A stretch of 64,000 bases of DNA from Schmidtea polychroa (GCA_044892525.1 CM097886.1:31186001-31250000), one strand, 5' to 3'. Counted from the first letter of the stretch, positions 1-12,364 are shown. Made by a program: numbers and translations. The notes: a model not told the origin generated them from the letters alone.

Positions 1-1626
1 GTATCTGTGAGAAACATAGCAAGTCTGTCAATTCCCAGACCCCACCCACCAGTAGGTGGTAAACCCAATTCCATAGCCTCTAAAAAGGTTTCATCAATAA
101 ACATAGCCTCTTCATCTCCAGCCGCTTTGTCTTTGGCCTGTTGTTCGAAACGCTCTCTTTGAACAATGGGATCATTCAATTCAGTATAAGCATTACACAA
201 TTCTTTTTTTAAAACGAACATTTCAAACCTCTCAGTCAAACCTGGCACGCTTCTATGCCATTTCGCCAACGGACTCATGATCTCTGGGTGATTCATAATA
301 AATGTAGGATTTATACACTTTTCTTCAAGATACTCTCCCACTAATTTATCGAGCAAACGAGAAGTAGTTCGTGGATGTGAGCATTCTACATTATTATCCA
401 AACAAACTTTATCCAAAAATGTTCTAGCCTCTTCGGTGTGTAGTTCAGTAGGTAGAGGTAATTTAATACCCAAAGCTTCTTCAAGTCCAGTCATCATATC
501 TATCCTATTGTATGGTGGAGTAAAATCGACTTCGATAACTTTCTCATCCTTAGTATAACTAATTTTATATGATCCGTAAAGTTCCATTACAAGACTTGAT
601 ATAAGATCTTCAGTAATTTTAAGAATATCAAAATAATCAGCATATGCCATGTAGAACTCCATTGTTGTAAATTCTGGATTATGCGTCAGATCTACACTTT
701 CATTTCTAAATTGTTTGCCGATTTCATAAACTCGATCATTCCCACCGATAATAAATTTTTTCAATTCTAACTCAGGAGCAATTCGTAAATACATGTCACA
801 ATTGAAATCATTATGATGAGTCATAAAAGGTTTTGCTGCAGCCCCACCAGGAATCATGCCTAAGATTGGTGTTTCAACTTCAATGAAGCCTAGATTGTCA
901 AAGAAAAATCGTAGATATTTTATTATTTTCGATTTAATCATAAACCTATTATTAACTTGTGGATTCATTAACATATCTAATGCCCTATTTCTGTATCTAG
1001 ACTCTTGATCTTTTAATCCAAAATGAAGATGAGGAATTTGTTTATAACACGGAGAAAGAATTTCAATTGTCTTTGGAATAATACTTATTTCACCTAATTT
1101 CGACTTGCCCGGGTGACCAATAACTCCAATAATATCTCCTCTTTTCACATTCTCAACAATTTCGTGAAATTTTTCGATTGATTCGTAGAAATTGGCGTTA
1201 GCTAATACTTGCAATTTCAAGTTTTGCGACATGATATCGAAAAAAACTAATTTTGATCCACTTTCTCTCTTTGCATAAACTCTACCGGAAACAGAAATTA
1301 ATTCATCCAAGTGACTTCCGACTTCTATATCACTATATCTGTCTAAAAATGTTTTCACACTGATCTTTACATTAAATTTATGAACGTAAGGATTATATCC
1401 TTGCTGTCGCATTTTTTTAATGGAATTAATACGAAATTCCCTATACTGAGTTGCGTCCATGTCACCTTCATCAATTTTTTTCTCAGTGGCTTCAGTTTCG
1501 GCAGCTGCTTTTGATTTATTCTTTTGTTCAGCTTTCAATAATCGCTTTTGTTCACTATACATAACCAATTAAAATTAAAAATTACAAAACAAAAAATTAC
1601 TTTTTGCTTATTTTAACTTCTGTCAT
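1..1626 (-). CDS. KARS1: Cytoplasmic lysyl-tRNA synthetase, 3' end beyond the window; exon 1 1601-1626, 46-nt GT-AG intron 1555-1600, exon 2 1-1554
   Basis: Manual translation: MTEVKISKNEQKRLLKAEQK..., FIEVETP, YLRIAPEL, VYEIGKQFRNESVDLTHNPEFT, ELCNAYTELNDP, GLPPTGGWGLGIDRLAMFLTD (class II LysRS motifs). Absent from the ORF track because it has no stop inside the window. Confidence 0.96.
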
Positions 1627-1922
1627 CTTACGAATAAAAATTAACGTAGGTCGATTAATATATTTAAAAATATATGACATTTAAACAAATGTTTTAAATA
1701 TTCATTATTATGCAAATTTATTGCATTTAATAAAATATTTTTATCAGTTAAATTAAAAAATTAATTGCATATTTACAATTAAAAATTTTGATTAAAATTA
1801 AATATCAAAATTTGAAACTAAATAAAATAAAAATCAAAAATTGCTTTGTTTATAAGTGATTCCATCACGTTTCAATGTATTTATATTAAAATGGTGAATT
1901 CACAAGTGTAAAATCACCATTA

Positions 1923-3326
1923 GGGTGGGTCGAATGTTAATAAATTTTGAGTTCAAGAAAGGAAACATGGTTAAAAAGTTGTATTTTGGTATAGAAAAAT
2001 CGAATCAAACCATTTTACTTAGATTTATGGACATTTACTGCTCCCAACTTTTCTCCGAAAATGCAGTTCAACATAAGTGTGAAAACAATGTAATTTGGCT
2101 AGTGTCGGAATGTGTTTTGCGCCTTTGTCCATATTTAGATGTAGCTTTCTTAAGAGCTTATAAGTATATTATTTACTCTCTTGGGCTGAGATAGTATATT
2201 CTGTGTCCTCATCCCGCATTGAAATATATCCTGACAACGTCAGTGATTAGGAAGGGCCAAATTTGAATTATCCTTTTCAAAGAAAAAAATCAACTTTCGA
2301 AATTATTTTTTATTAAAAACATCCAGCCAAAAGTTTAGAAATGTATTAGCGAGGGCATAAAAAGAAGTCACATGAAATCAGCTTTGCTTTGCACCTTGGG
2401 CAATTCCTTCCTTGATTTTTTACACAGTAGTACCATACCATGTCTGGACTTGTGACCAAACACTTTACAACTGGCAGAAGACACATCTTTGATGGCTCTT
2501 TCAACGGCTTGAGAATGACAGGGAAATTGTTCTAATGTAATTTTCTTATTCATCTTCAATTCATGATCCAATATATGAGATAAAAGAGGGGGAGGCGTCA
2601 AATTACATTTTGTCCAGTCAATCATGTCAACATATGATGTAGCAGACGACTGAAGAAAGACAGTATTCTTGTCCATAGTGCGAATCACTTCGGAAGGGAG
2701 AAAATTTTGTCTTGCAGTTATGATTTTTTCTGTTGCAAACTTTCTGATTTCTTCATCATCATCACCAACAGCAGCTAGGAGTATATTTTCTGGATGTGAG
2801 AAGTAATTGTTGTTCTGAATGACAGGAAAGATGATTTCTTGGTCTGATGGATCCAAATCCTGCAGAAGTTGGAGCATATAAAAAATATTTCTTGCACCAT
2901 CTTGGCATGACGAGTGAGTCTTTATATAAAACCATGACGGTCCATAGAAATTGACAATAAATTTCACTATTCGCATGAGAGGTTCAGATGGAGCAGTTTC
3001 GGACATATATAGTCGCAGAATTCTATTAGCTTTCGTTAGCCAGCGACTGTGATTCAAATTTCCTGGTTGTGCCATTTGTAGAAAAGGAACATCCTTGTTG
3101 TTGTGGTACCCTTTCTGGACTGCCAAGCATACTCTGAGGAAATACAATTGATCAGTGTTCAATTCTTTCTTGACATTTTCACTAATATCTACGACCTTTC
3201 CAGGAAGGGACATAAAGGCTACTACGGGCTTGTCTTTTGGATCAAAATCAAGAACGCTTCCTATTTTACCACATGACGTTTTTGGACCTTTTGTTTCTCC
3301 ACCATCGACGACTGAAAAATACTTCC
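1923..3326 (-). mobile_element. Truncated DNA transposon (Sola2-like DDE transposase, C-terminal part, ORF 2368-3213), interrupted at 3326 by an LTR insertion
   Basis: PGNLNHSRWLTKANRILRLY and FPCHSQAVERAIKDVS motifs; frame extends upstream through VDGGETKGPKTSCGKIG to about 3326; candidate terminus GGGTGGGTCG at 1923. The superfamily assignment is tentative. Confidence 0.6.
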
Positions 3327-3648
3327 TGGTGGGTTACAGGTACTGTAAATCTTTTTACCTCCTCATGCTGTTTCCAGCGTAACCCAGGATACAATTCATA
3401 GCTGACCACTTGATACCCGTTGAGCAATCAACGTTGGTACTGTATCAAGGGTTTGGGCACTAGCAAAAAGTGAGCATGCTTAACATACTATAATTGTCTA
3501 GCACCCACTGGGGTTCACGGACTGCCGTTAGAAGGCCTATGTCCGATTTCTTTTCGTCCCCGTTACAACAATTAACATTATAATAAAAGGAAATCAAAAT
3601 GCCCGCTATGGACGCACTGTGAAGATTTATTTTGACAACATGAATCGC

Positions 3649-4113
3649 TTATCGTGTGCTGGTCGGTTCTCTTGGCGTAGCCTCTGATTCAGTAGCATGG
3701 AGAGCTAATTGGGCCTGGCTGGCCTGCCTTATCCTCGCTCGTGCCGCTTTTCCCGGCCGAATCTTCTTCCTTGGGGTTACTATTGTGGGGGCAGGTTCTT
3801 TTGGTCGATGGAGCAACTCATCTAAAGGCCGGATCTTGGCAATGACCTCTCGCTCCAGCTCCTGTTGATGCTCCTTGGCTTCCAGTTCCCTCACCCTTAA
3901 GCGGAGGGCCCGCAACTCAATCTGGTCTTGAGCATTCTGAAGTTGTAGTTGGGTGATCAACTTCATCCTCTTCTTCATCTCCGCTGGTGGGAACCAGGTG
4001 CACTCGAAGTTCCGACAGTGGGCCTTGACTCGGGTCAACTTGGTCCGGTATTCGTCTACCTGTAGTTGTGCCTGTTCCCTATCAGCTCGCATCTCTTCCA
4101 AGAGTTTCTGCAC
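3649..4113 (-). CDS. LTR-encoded coiled-coil protein (ORF-B family), probably a spliced 3' exon
   Basis: DREQAQ...CRNFECTWFPPAEM...QLQLQNAQDQIELRALRL aligns with the 6743-7237 product; TTTGTTCAG acceptor at the ORF start. Confidence 0.7.
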   Translation of the reverse strand: MQKLLEEMRADREQAQLQVDEYRTKLTRVKAHCRNFECTWFPPAEMKKRMKLITQLQLQNAQDQIELRALRLRVRELEAKEHQQELEREVIAKIRPLDELLHRPKEPAPTIVTPRKKIRPGKAARARIRQASQAQLALHATESEATPREPTSTR

Positions 4114-4523
4114 TGAACAAAGGTAAGATCAATGATTTTACACCGACATCGAGGGTCGAACATTATTATGGGCATTAAGGCTAAAAGGAAGTAATCCCCT
4201 CGTCGTAGTCCTTCGCTACGCGCGCCCCAAGACCGAGACCTATTTATCTTACTCAACCTATAGGGTTGTTGTCGCTATAGAAATGTGTAGTCAACAATGA
4301 CGATATTCCACGTCATGGACATTGCAAAAATTCAAACAATCCACCCAATTAAGTTGTCACCGACCATCAAGACACAAACAAACATTAAATAATTGTGATG
4401 AACTGTTAAGGCCTAACATATTTTATTCAATCCTGGATTAAAGAAGTTTAATCCAGTACATAATATCACCTAATACACCCGACACTAAGGTCAGGACAAA
4501 ATGATTAGTTTTGATCCCGAGTT

Positions 4524-5012
4524 TTCCGCCTACTCTCCGAATCCCGCGCTCTCCTTGGTCGAGCGGGTGGACATTCGCGTGCGTCCGCGTGTCCTTGGTC
4601 GTCCTGGTCCTCGTTGAGGCCGTCTTGGGTATTTTAATCCACGCTGAAGAGCCGCGGTCCGTTTCGGGTGACATTGGGCTCGAGCGTAGCCGTCGCAGTC
4701 TTCTACCTCGCCAGCCAGAGTCGCTTTCTCGAGCCGGTGTAATCAGTCTATCGCATCCGTCACTTCGTCAAAAGCGTCGATCAAGGCTAACGACGCGTGG
4801 TTGAGATAAGGCTCCACCTTCGGAATTACGGGGATCACGTTCTGGTAAGTCCAATCATGGATCTTGTACCAGATCCACCTGGACCGTAGCCGGGCGATTT
4901 CTGCGTCCTCTCTCAATCGGACGGCTTCGTCTGCTTCCTCGCCGGTAATTTCTAGGCTCGAATCGACTGATGAGGGGCCGGCCTGCATATTCCTTGACCT
5001 GGTGTTGGGCAT
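4524..5012 (-). pseudogene. LTR-encoded ORF-A homolog with an internal stop at 4743-4745
   Basis: RLRSRWIWYKIHDW matches RLLSRHIWHHIHRW of 7522-7893; the frame continues after the TGA as LHRLEKA...RGPGRPR. Confidence 0.55.
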
Positions 5013-6742
5013 GACTGTAATGTAACCAAAATATTAGAACAAATCCTTACACTTCTGTTACGTTTGATCACTCCAAAACATCCAAATACCTCGTTACAAT
5101 TTATGTACACGCATAACACACAACCAATTCAACAGACCATGATTTCTAGGCAAAGTAAATTAGTTTATAAATTTATTTCTATATTTGGTCCATATACCCA
5201 ATTCAATAAATTGGTTCCAGATTACTAAATTAAATCAAGTTCCTACATTTCAGATTGGTGACTTAGGTTATCAACTTAAGGAGGGTAGGGCAAAATTAAG
5301 GTAGACAATTTCGCATTAAAGTAAATATTTGAAAGAAATTGCATAAATTAAATTAAAATAAATATTTGATATTCGAATAAAATTGCATAAATTGAATTAA
5401 AATGAATATTTGATATGAATCAATTAACTGAAAAATTTGAATTTCGTAAATTAAATTAGAATTATCTATTCGAATGAGTTTGTTTATCTCAATAATTTCC
5501 TTTTTTTAAAAAAAAAATTTCCTTTTCAATCAAAATTATGCTACTAAGACCCACTATGGGAAACGGCATTGTTAACTGTCCGAATTCATTTCGGCTCTTC
5601 GCAATCCTTGATCATAGTGGTTGTAGGTGGCTAAATCGTCTACTGCTAATTAATGGGTAAATCAAATTTAGATCTTGTTAAGTTCGTTTATTTCAGATCT
5701 GGATTTCCAAAACCTCCGTTTTGGGCATGACGTTTCCCTCGGATAATGTATGCGATATAATATTATTTGGCGGTGGCCCAATATATGCCGACATGCTCAA
5801 TTTATGAGGAGTTCAGATGGAAATTTTTCATTTCAAATTTGGAGCTAGGCCGTGGGAATTTAAGAAAAAAAAAGTGCACTTGAGGGAATTAAGAGTGGCT
5901 CTCCTTCCATTCACCCTTCCACATCATCAGTGAGACTTTATAATGGCTAAAATGATTTATTAAATAAATGTTTGATTTCATTAAATGATATTTCGCTTTT
6001 GTTGTATTTAAGTAAATAATTTATTTTGCGTAAAGGAATAGTTATTAAACAATGTTGTTAGTTTTTTCTGTTTTTCATTTTAAGTAATTAGCAGTTATAA
6101 CTATAATACATGCTCCTCATTATTCCTAGTTTATAGTTGTACCGGGTATACATTCCAGCTTAAGCAGTCGCTCTTGGGGAAAATATCCCTTGTCCTTTCT
6201 GGTATGTATGGGAACTACTTCTGGGGTCCCAGGGTTAAATCTGCTGGGGTGTCATGGGTTTTACATGAAGGTTAGAGTTCCTGCTGCCTTAGCTGATGTT
6301 GATTGGCTCGTCTATGAGTATGTATGTCTCGTCTATTTAGATGGTTAGGGTAGACTCGGCGAGGGCTCCCTTAATTTGTAGGGTTGTTTCCATAAATAGG
6401 ATCAGTTTTATTGGCTGCATTTTATATGGTGGGTTACAGGTGGTCAGACATTTCACCCTCTCGTGCTGTTTCCAGCGCAACCCAGAATACAAGCTTGATT
6501 TTGCCAATTGACACCCGATGAGCGATCACCGTTGGTACTGTGCCAACTGGGGGAGTGCTCGCAAAAAGTGAGTGCACTACTGGCACTATAATTGTCAAGC
6601 ACTCCTTGGGTCCACGGACTATCGTTAGAAGATTTGTGTCCGATTTCATTGGTCCCCTACTTCTATAGTTTTCCCAAAAACACCACGCCCATCTCATCAC
6701 TCATCCTCATCATTCAGCATACAAAAATTCAACTTCAACTAT

Positions 6743-7237
6743 CTACGTTTTATTTACATCCATCGGTCCTGCACATGAACTGTCAAGTAGCGCGGACTTT
6801 CTCGCTTCCTCTTCGAATTTTTGTTCGGCGAGCCGTAACCGTTTGAGTCGCTCACGCCCATCTCGGCCCAACCGTTTTCGCTTGGCCTTGGGTTTAGGTG
6901 GGTGCATTTCGGCCAGTTCTATCGTCATGGGCCGGATCGCCGCCGTGACGTGCTCATCAATGTCCCGTTGGTTCAATTTTGTTTCCATGGCCCGCAACTG
7001 AAGCTTTAGGGCCCGTATCTCGGTTTTGTCCTGAGTACTCTGGAGCTGCAGTTGTTCGATCTGCTTCAGGTACTTATGGGCCAACTCCGGGCGGATCCAA
7101 CTCTGTTCCATCTGCCGACAACGTTCCTTGAATTGGCTGACACTAAGTTGCAGCCGCTCTGCTTGCTGCTGCGCCTGCTCCCTGTCTTTCCGGAGTCCCT
7201 CGAACAGTTTGAACACTGAAGTAAAATATACAATCAA
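6743..7237 (-). CDS. LTR-encoded coiled-coil protein (ORF-B family)
   Basis: Homologous to 3649-4113 and more weakly to 12624-13412 (W-x-x-P motif after the coiled coil; basic C-terminus). Confidence 0.7.
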   Translation of the reverse strand: MIVYFTSVFKLFEGLRKDREQAQQQAERLQLSVSQFKERCRQMEQSWIRPELAHKYLKQIEQLQLQSTQDKTEIRALKLQLRAMETKLNQRDIDEHVTAAIRPMTIELAEMHPPKPKAKRKRLGRDGRERLKRLRLAEQKFEEEARKSALLDSSCAGPMDVNKT

Positions 7238-7521
7238 CCAATTTTACCGTAATCCCTTTTTCATAATTGCCGGTCTCTATAAATCGAAACTCGGGTGCCC
7301 CTATGTATGTGTACAAATTTCCGTCGTGTTGATGGTCAGGGGGATAACGTCTCGATTGTTATATAACGCAATTTATTACAGTAACAACACCTAGAACGAC
7401 ACATCGAAACAAGGAAAAACAATATGTTTATTAAACCAGGATTGTGACGAATCACTAGAGTCAAACTAAAATCACTAAAACCATAATAAAATGTAAGTTC
7501 ATTCCCAAGATCACTGAGGTC

Positions 7522-7893
7522 TCAGTTTCGGGGAGCCTTCTTGCAGGGTCGGCCCCGCCTCCTCGCCGGTGTCGGTTCCACGTCCACTTCTTCTAACGGC
7601 TGACCGGTTTCAACGGCCCGGAGCTGAGCCTCGATCAGGCGGAGTTCGCGTTGGGCCAGAGCGATGGCGTTCATGGTGCGATCTCTGGCCTCGACGAGCC
7701 AATTATTGTCCGGCTCGGTCTTTACCCATACTGGCGCGTTCGCCTCGGGGCCTGCTCGAATCACCCGGTTTGAGCAGTCTAGATCTCGACCCTGACTCCA
7801 CCGATGGATGTGGTGCCAGATGTGCCTGGATAGGAGGCGCTCGTCCGTTGCTTCGCATTGTTCCACTTCCCTCTGATCCTTCAAATTCGACAT
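7522..7893 (-). CDS. LTR-encoded ORF-A protein with a C-terminal AT-hook-like RRRGRPCKK
   Basis: Intact 123-aa ORF, GC-rich against an AT-rich background, TTGTAG acceptor just before the ATG, homolog in LTR X. Confidence 0.7.
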   Translation of the reverse strand: MSNLKDQREVEQCEATDERLLSRHIWHHIHRWSQGRDLDCSNRVIRAGPEANAPVWVKTEPDNNWLVEARDRTMNAIALAQRELRLIEAQLRAVETGQPLEEVDVEPTPARRRGRPCKKAPRN

Positions 7894-8044
7894 TCTACAA
7901 TTTTCATTATAGGTTACTACTAATTTTATTTAAATTATCACGCTGACTAGCAATGTAAAGTATTATCGTTTTATTATTAATTTTCCGTTTCTGTCTAATT
8001 AAAATGGTTCATTTATGATATTAATTTTCCTATCTATTGAAAAT

Positions 8045-8222
8045 TTATTCATTCATGATACAAATTTTCTCACTTATTTAAAATTGTTCGTTTATGATAT
8101 TCATTTTCCTACTCATTTAAAATTATTCATTTATTATACAAATTTTCCCACTTATTTAAAACTGTTCATTTATGATATTCATTTTCCTACTCATTTAAAA
8201 TTATTCATTTATTATATTACTT
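8045..8222. repeat. 39-bp tandem repeat, about 4.5 copies, inside LTR Y
   Basis: Alternating units ttattcattcatgatacaaattttctcacttatttaaaa and ttgttcgtttatgatattcattttcctactcatttaaaa. Confidence 0.85.
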
Positions 8223-9562
8223 TTCTTTTTCATTTTGTTTAAATTTATCTATTTAGGAATCCCTTTTTAAATCGAAGAGCGCTCCGACCAAAAAAAATTA
8301 TGTGTCTGTGGCCAATGAGGACTCGCTATCGTAAAAATTTCAGGTAATTGCACCGATTCTTCATTATTTACTTTCCGTGTTTTGGTTTCAGCCGATGAGC
8401 GCCCCAGAAGATCCATTCGGCCACTCTGTCACAGAAGCCATGCACCTCTCAACTGGGTGAATATGAACTGGACTTTCTGTGTCCCTCCATCGATTATGAC
8501 TGGGCAGATTGAACCTCTGCGAAGAGCTATTGGGGGTCAGTTGCCCCGGTGAATTTATTATGAATAAATGAGGTTTAAATTTGATTTTGTTCTTTAACTC
8601 TTCGTTTTATAATTGTACAAATTTTACCTTTTCGTTTTCGTGTTGCAATCCGGAACTGGGAGATGATCAAGTATAATTATTTTGGAGAAATTTTCCTAAA
8701 TTTGGTACTTAACGAATATATATACCTAATATGTTTATCAAATAGTACTAGCCGAGTTGTGCATTTATAACTGATATATAGGTAATATGGTTATAAGGAA
8801 ATTCTCAACTTTATAAGCAAGGTAACTTGATTAGTCCATTGACTAATAATCCTAGGTAATTTATGAACCTCGCAAGCGGGGTGTGTCTAATTGCTATAGT
8901 TATTGATCGACTTGTAGGCAATGTATATATAATTAATGGATTCATTAATGGGTATTGAGGGTTTATAAATTTTATAAGTGATATATTTATTCGTAGTCAT
9001 GGGGGATGTATGAGTTGTACCAAGTATATATAATGACCATATGGATTCGGGGCTGATCTAGGATTTGGTAAATAATGTATAAGCATAGTTAATTTATTTA
9101 TCATTAGACGTAAATGATTTGTCGATTGTATAAGTGATAAATACATAAATAATAGGCCTAATAACAATTATCGATTTATGAGTAGTATACCTAAGTAATA
9201 TCATATATGAGGTATTCTATGGGTTAGCTTGGGATGTATAAATGATATAAATAGGGTTTCTAAGTACTATCAAGTGGTCGAATATAGGCCCTGAACACCG
9301 GGGGTGATTTATAACATTATAATGTATAAGTAAGATTATCTGTATAATGACGAGTTAGTCTTAATCGTGGATGAACTAGACGATTTAAAAATAATGTGGA
9401 AATGATTGCTATATTTATAAATGAGTAGTAGGGTTTATAACTAATAGATGAAAATGCATTCAAATAGCTCCCGAGAGTTTACGACTTCATAAGTAGTACA
9501 TATACGAGTGGTAGTGATACGAAATATACATCATAGGTATTAAATTCATCAGTAATATATAG

Positions 9563-9990
9563 GAGTAGTATTGACAGAAATTATGATCTGCAAGTTTATG
9601 AGTAGTATATTCTAGTAGTATTAATATGAAGTATAAATTATAATTTGTACTCTTATAAGTAACATATTTGAGTAGTATTGACAAAAAAAAATAAATTATG
9701 ATTTGTAATTTTATAAGTAGTATATATTAGTAATATATCAATATGAAGTATAAATTATAATTTGCACTCTTATAAGTAATATATTCGAGTAGTATTGATC
9801 GAAAAATTAAATTATGACTTGTAATTTTATAAGTAGTAGATATTAGTAATATATCAATATGAAGTATAAATTATAATTTGCACTCTTATAAGTAATATAT
9901 TCGAGCAGTATTGATCAAAAAAAAATTAAATTATGATTGGTAATTCTATAAGTAGTATACATTAGGAATATAACATAATATTTTGTAAGT
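9563..9990. repeat. 107-117 bp tandem repeat, about 4 copies, inside LTR Y
   Basis: gagtagtattga... unit starts at 9563, 9670, 9787 and 9903. Confidence 0.85.
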
Positions 9991-12216
9991 AATATATGCA
10001 GTAACGCATTTATTAATGGTTAATGAGTCTCACGAGCAAGGCATGTAGGATGATTGTACCGATTAGTGAACATCATAATTAAAAAGTATATACCTAATAA
10101 TATACTTAGTAGCAATCGGGGAAGGTCTATAAGTTTTATAAATAGGTTATATAATTTCAATATATCCATTAGTTGAGGTAGATAAGCAGTATATTTAATA
10201 CTAAATTTTGGACATCGATGTAGGATCGTAATTTAAAAAAAAAATTCATATGTTTATTAACTTATAATTTCCTAAAAAGACCGATTAGGGTAAGTTTATA
10301 GTTGATCCATACAATTGTAAGGTTTTTTATTATATAGTGCATAAGTGTATAATTTATATAATGTATATATATAATTGTAGGGTTTATTTGTTATATAATT
10401 CATAAGTATATAACTGGTAATTTATACAAGCCATAATTCATATATAATCTACAATTTAGTATTTACAATTTAAAATTTATATTTAATTTATATCTCATGT
10501 GATTTATAAGTTTACATCCAATTATAGGTTTATACTCTATTATCAGCTTTTAGAAAGTGCAATCTTATGAAAAATTAATCCAGCATAATTTTATAGTTTA
10601 TATCAAATTATAGAGTAAGATTTATACTTTTATACATAGATTGGTAGTCGGGAATACTAGTTAAAAAAAAGTTTTTTAATTTCCTAATCAATACTCTTAT
10701 AATCGGTGGTAATTCATAAATTTAACTTGAAAGAGGTTTAGCCAACTACATATTTGGTGTATTGTAGTTAATTTAAGTCCGGAGCTCTACTCCATTTTTC
10801 ATCCTTAGGGTAGTGTATCACTGTGGAATTTTAATGTATAGATTATATGTACATTATGCGTGTGAAAAGTCAATTTACAGCAAATATTGCCTGCTTTCGG
10901 GGCCTCACTGTGCTCCCTACGACAAGCCCTTATTGTGAATGTAAGCGGTAATATACTACCGTGTATTATAATATCGATAACGAGTTCCGCGAACTCCATC
11001 GCCCGGAGGTGATTCATCGACGAACCCAGCGGCGTATACCACTGAGTCGGTACGACCTCCGACGACCCCACCATTATAATATTGAGGTGCATGCCAGGCA
11101 GTGGCCTGCTTACGTCAAGGCTGCGTGCACAATGACGTTGTAAATATTGATGCCCATTTGGTATGTGAGACGGACCAAAATCGATGATAAATTCGATCGA
11201 TGTTGGCCCCTCTAAAAAAATTTAAAAGGGGGTTCATTAATTAGAATCCTTTGGAGATTAATGCATAATAAATATTTAATATATATACCAAATACATGAT
11301 AAAAATAAACAACTGCATCAAATAAAAGAACAATTCTTACTTAAATATTTCTGATGAAGTTAAAATAATAACAAGAAAAAAATTTTTTTTGGCATAAAGA
11401 TTAACTTGTGACTAAAATGCGTCGGTATATATACCTATTTTGTACACGTGTATGTATTGATGCATTAAAACAAACTCGACTTCCTTTTATTCCAGAATTT
11501 TCTATTTTACGATTTTGCTATTTTTAATGGCAATTTTTGTGCCATAATTTTTGTTTTTATTTTTATCTTTTTATTTTTTACTTATTTTTCATTAATTTTA
11601 CGTCCATGATGGATTTGGAACGGTTCCAGAACATTCTATTTTACTTTTAATTTAATTTTTATTTTAACTGATATTTTTATGAATTTCTTTTTGAGATTTT
11701 TGGTTTTAATACTAATTTATTTATTTTCCTTAACTTTTGTTGTTCTAGATGACTTTTGTGTTGGCCATCGTCATTTTTATAGAATGTTCTGGGTTTTTCT
11801 GGAATGTTTTACTGTTTTTATCGTCTTTTAAGTTATTCGAGTTTGCTTTTTGTAACTTTGTTTTTATTTGGTTATTTTTGAGTTAGATTTTGCATAACTT
11901 CTTGCTCTTGTATAATTTTATTTACTTTCGGTGTTTATATTTTTCTGTTGTTTTCTCTTTTAATCAATATTGTTTATTTGGTGTATTTTTGATATTTAAT
12001 TATACTTTTTGCTTTTTCCATGTTATGTACCTACGCATTCTAGTCACAATTATAGTTGGGATCTAGAAGTCAGTTCTAGCCCAACATATTGTTGGGGTTA
12101 CACCTCGGCTGACCATTCTACCATGTTGGCGGGTCTAAGGGTTGATTGTCCATCTCGAATAAAAGGTGCCACCGATTTGTCAACCTGGAGTGAAACCCCA
12201 CATAACTTTCTTCCAA

Positions 12217-12364
12217 CATAGTGCCCGTGAATCACTTCACGTTGGTACTGCACTATGCAGGCGAGACGCCAGCAAGCAGGTGAGCTTCTGCCTTAAAACT
12301 ACTCCTTGCTGAGGCCTCGACTTCCCATTCACGACTGCCGATAGAAGGGCTTACGTCCATTTCC
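12217..12364 (-). ncRNA. Conserved three-domain structured RNA element near the LTR end (copies at 3409-3550, 6507-6647 and 38179-38326)
   Basis: Stems covary among three divergent LTRs while the loops UUCUAAC/UUCUAUC, RCUCAC and AGUACCAA are conserved; G-U pairs favour the minus strand. Confidence 0.7.

Larger units (their letters stand above)
3327..6426 (-). mobile_element. Giant LTR X, left segment (continues at 41923 after nested insertions)
   Basis: Begins TGGTGGGTTACAGG exactly like the LTR at 6427; carries ORFs and an RNA motif homologous to the other LTRs. Confidence 0.8.
6427..12086 (-). mobile_element. Solo giant LTR Y (5660 bp)
   Basis: TGGTGGG...CCCAACA termini; TATA duplication reconstructed (6423-6426 on the left; 12087-12089 plus 41923 on the right); 11600-11720 is homologous to 43730-43850 of LTR X. 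Confidence 0.82.

Noticed and set aside
1925-2194. 89-aa plus-strand ORF
   Set aside because: Lies in the non-coding terminal region of the DNA transposon; no coding signature.
3518-3545. Hairpin- or HDV-type ribozyme reading of domain I of the LTR RNA motif
   Set aside because: The GUC is base-paired rather than in an AGAA/NGUC loop, and the HDV nested pseudoknot could not be built.
4960-4980. CTGATGAG hammerhead core candidate (also TCATCAG near 5925)
   Set aside because: No stem II followed by GAAA and no closing stems found by eye; the first lies within ORF-A coding sequence.
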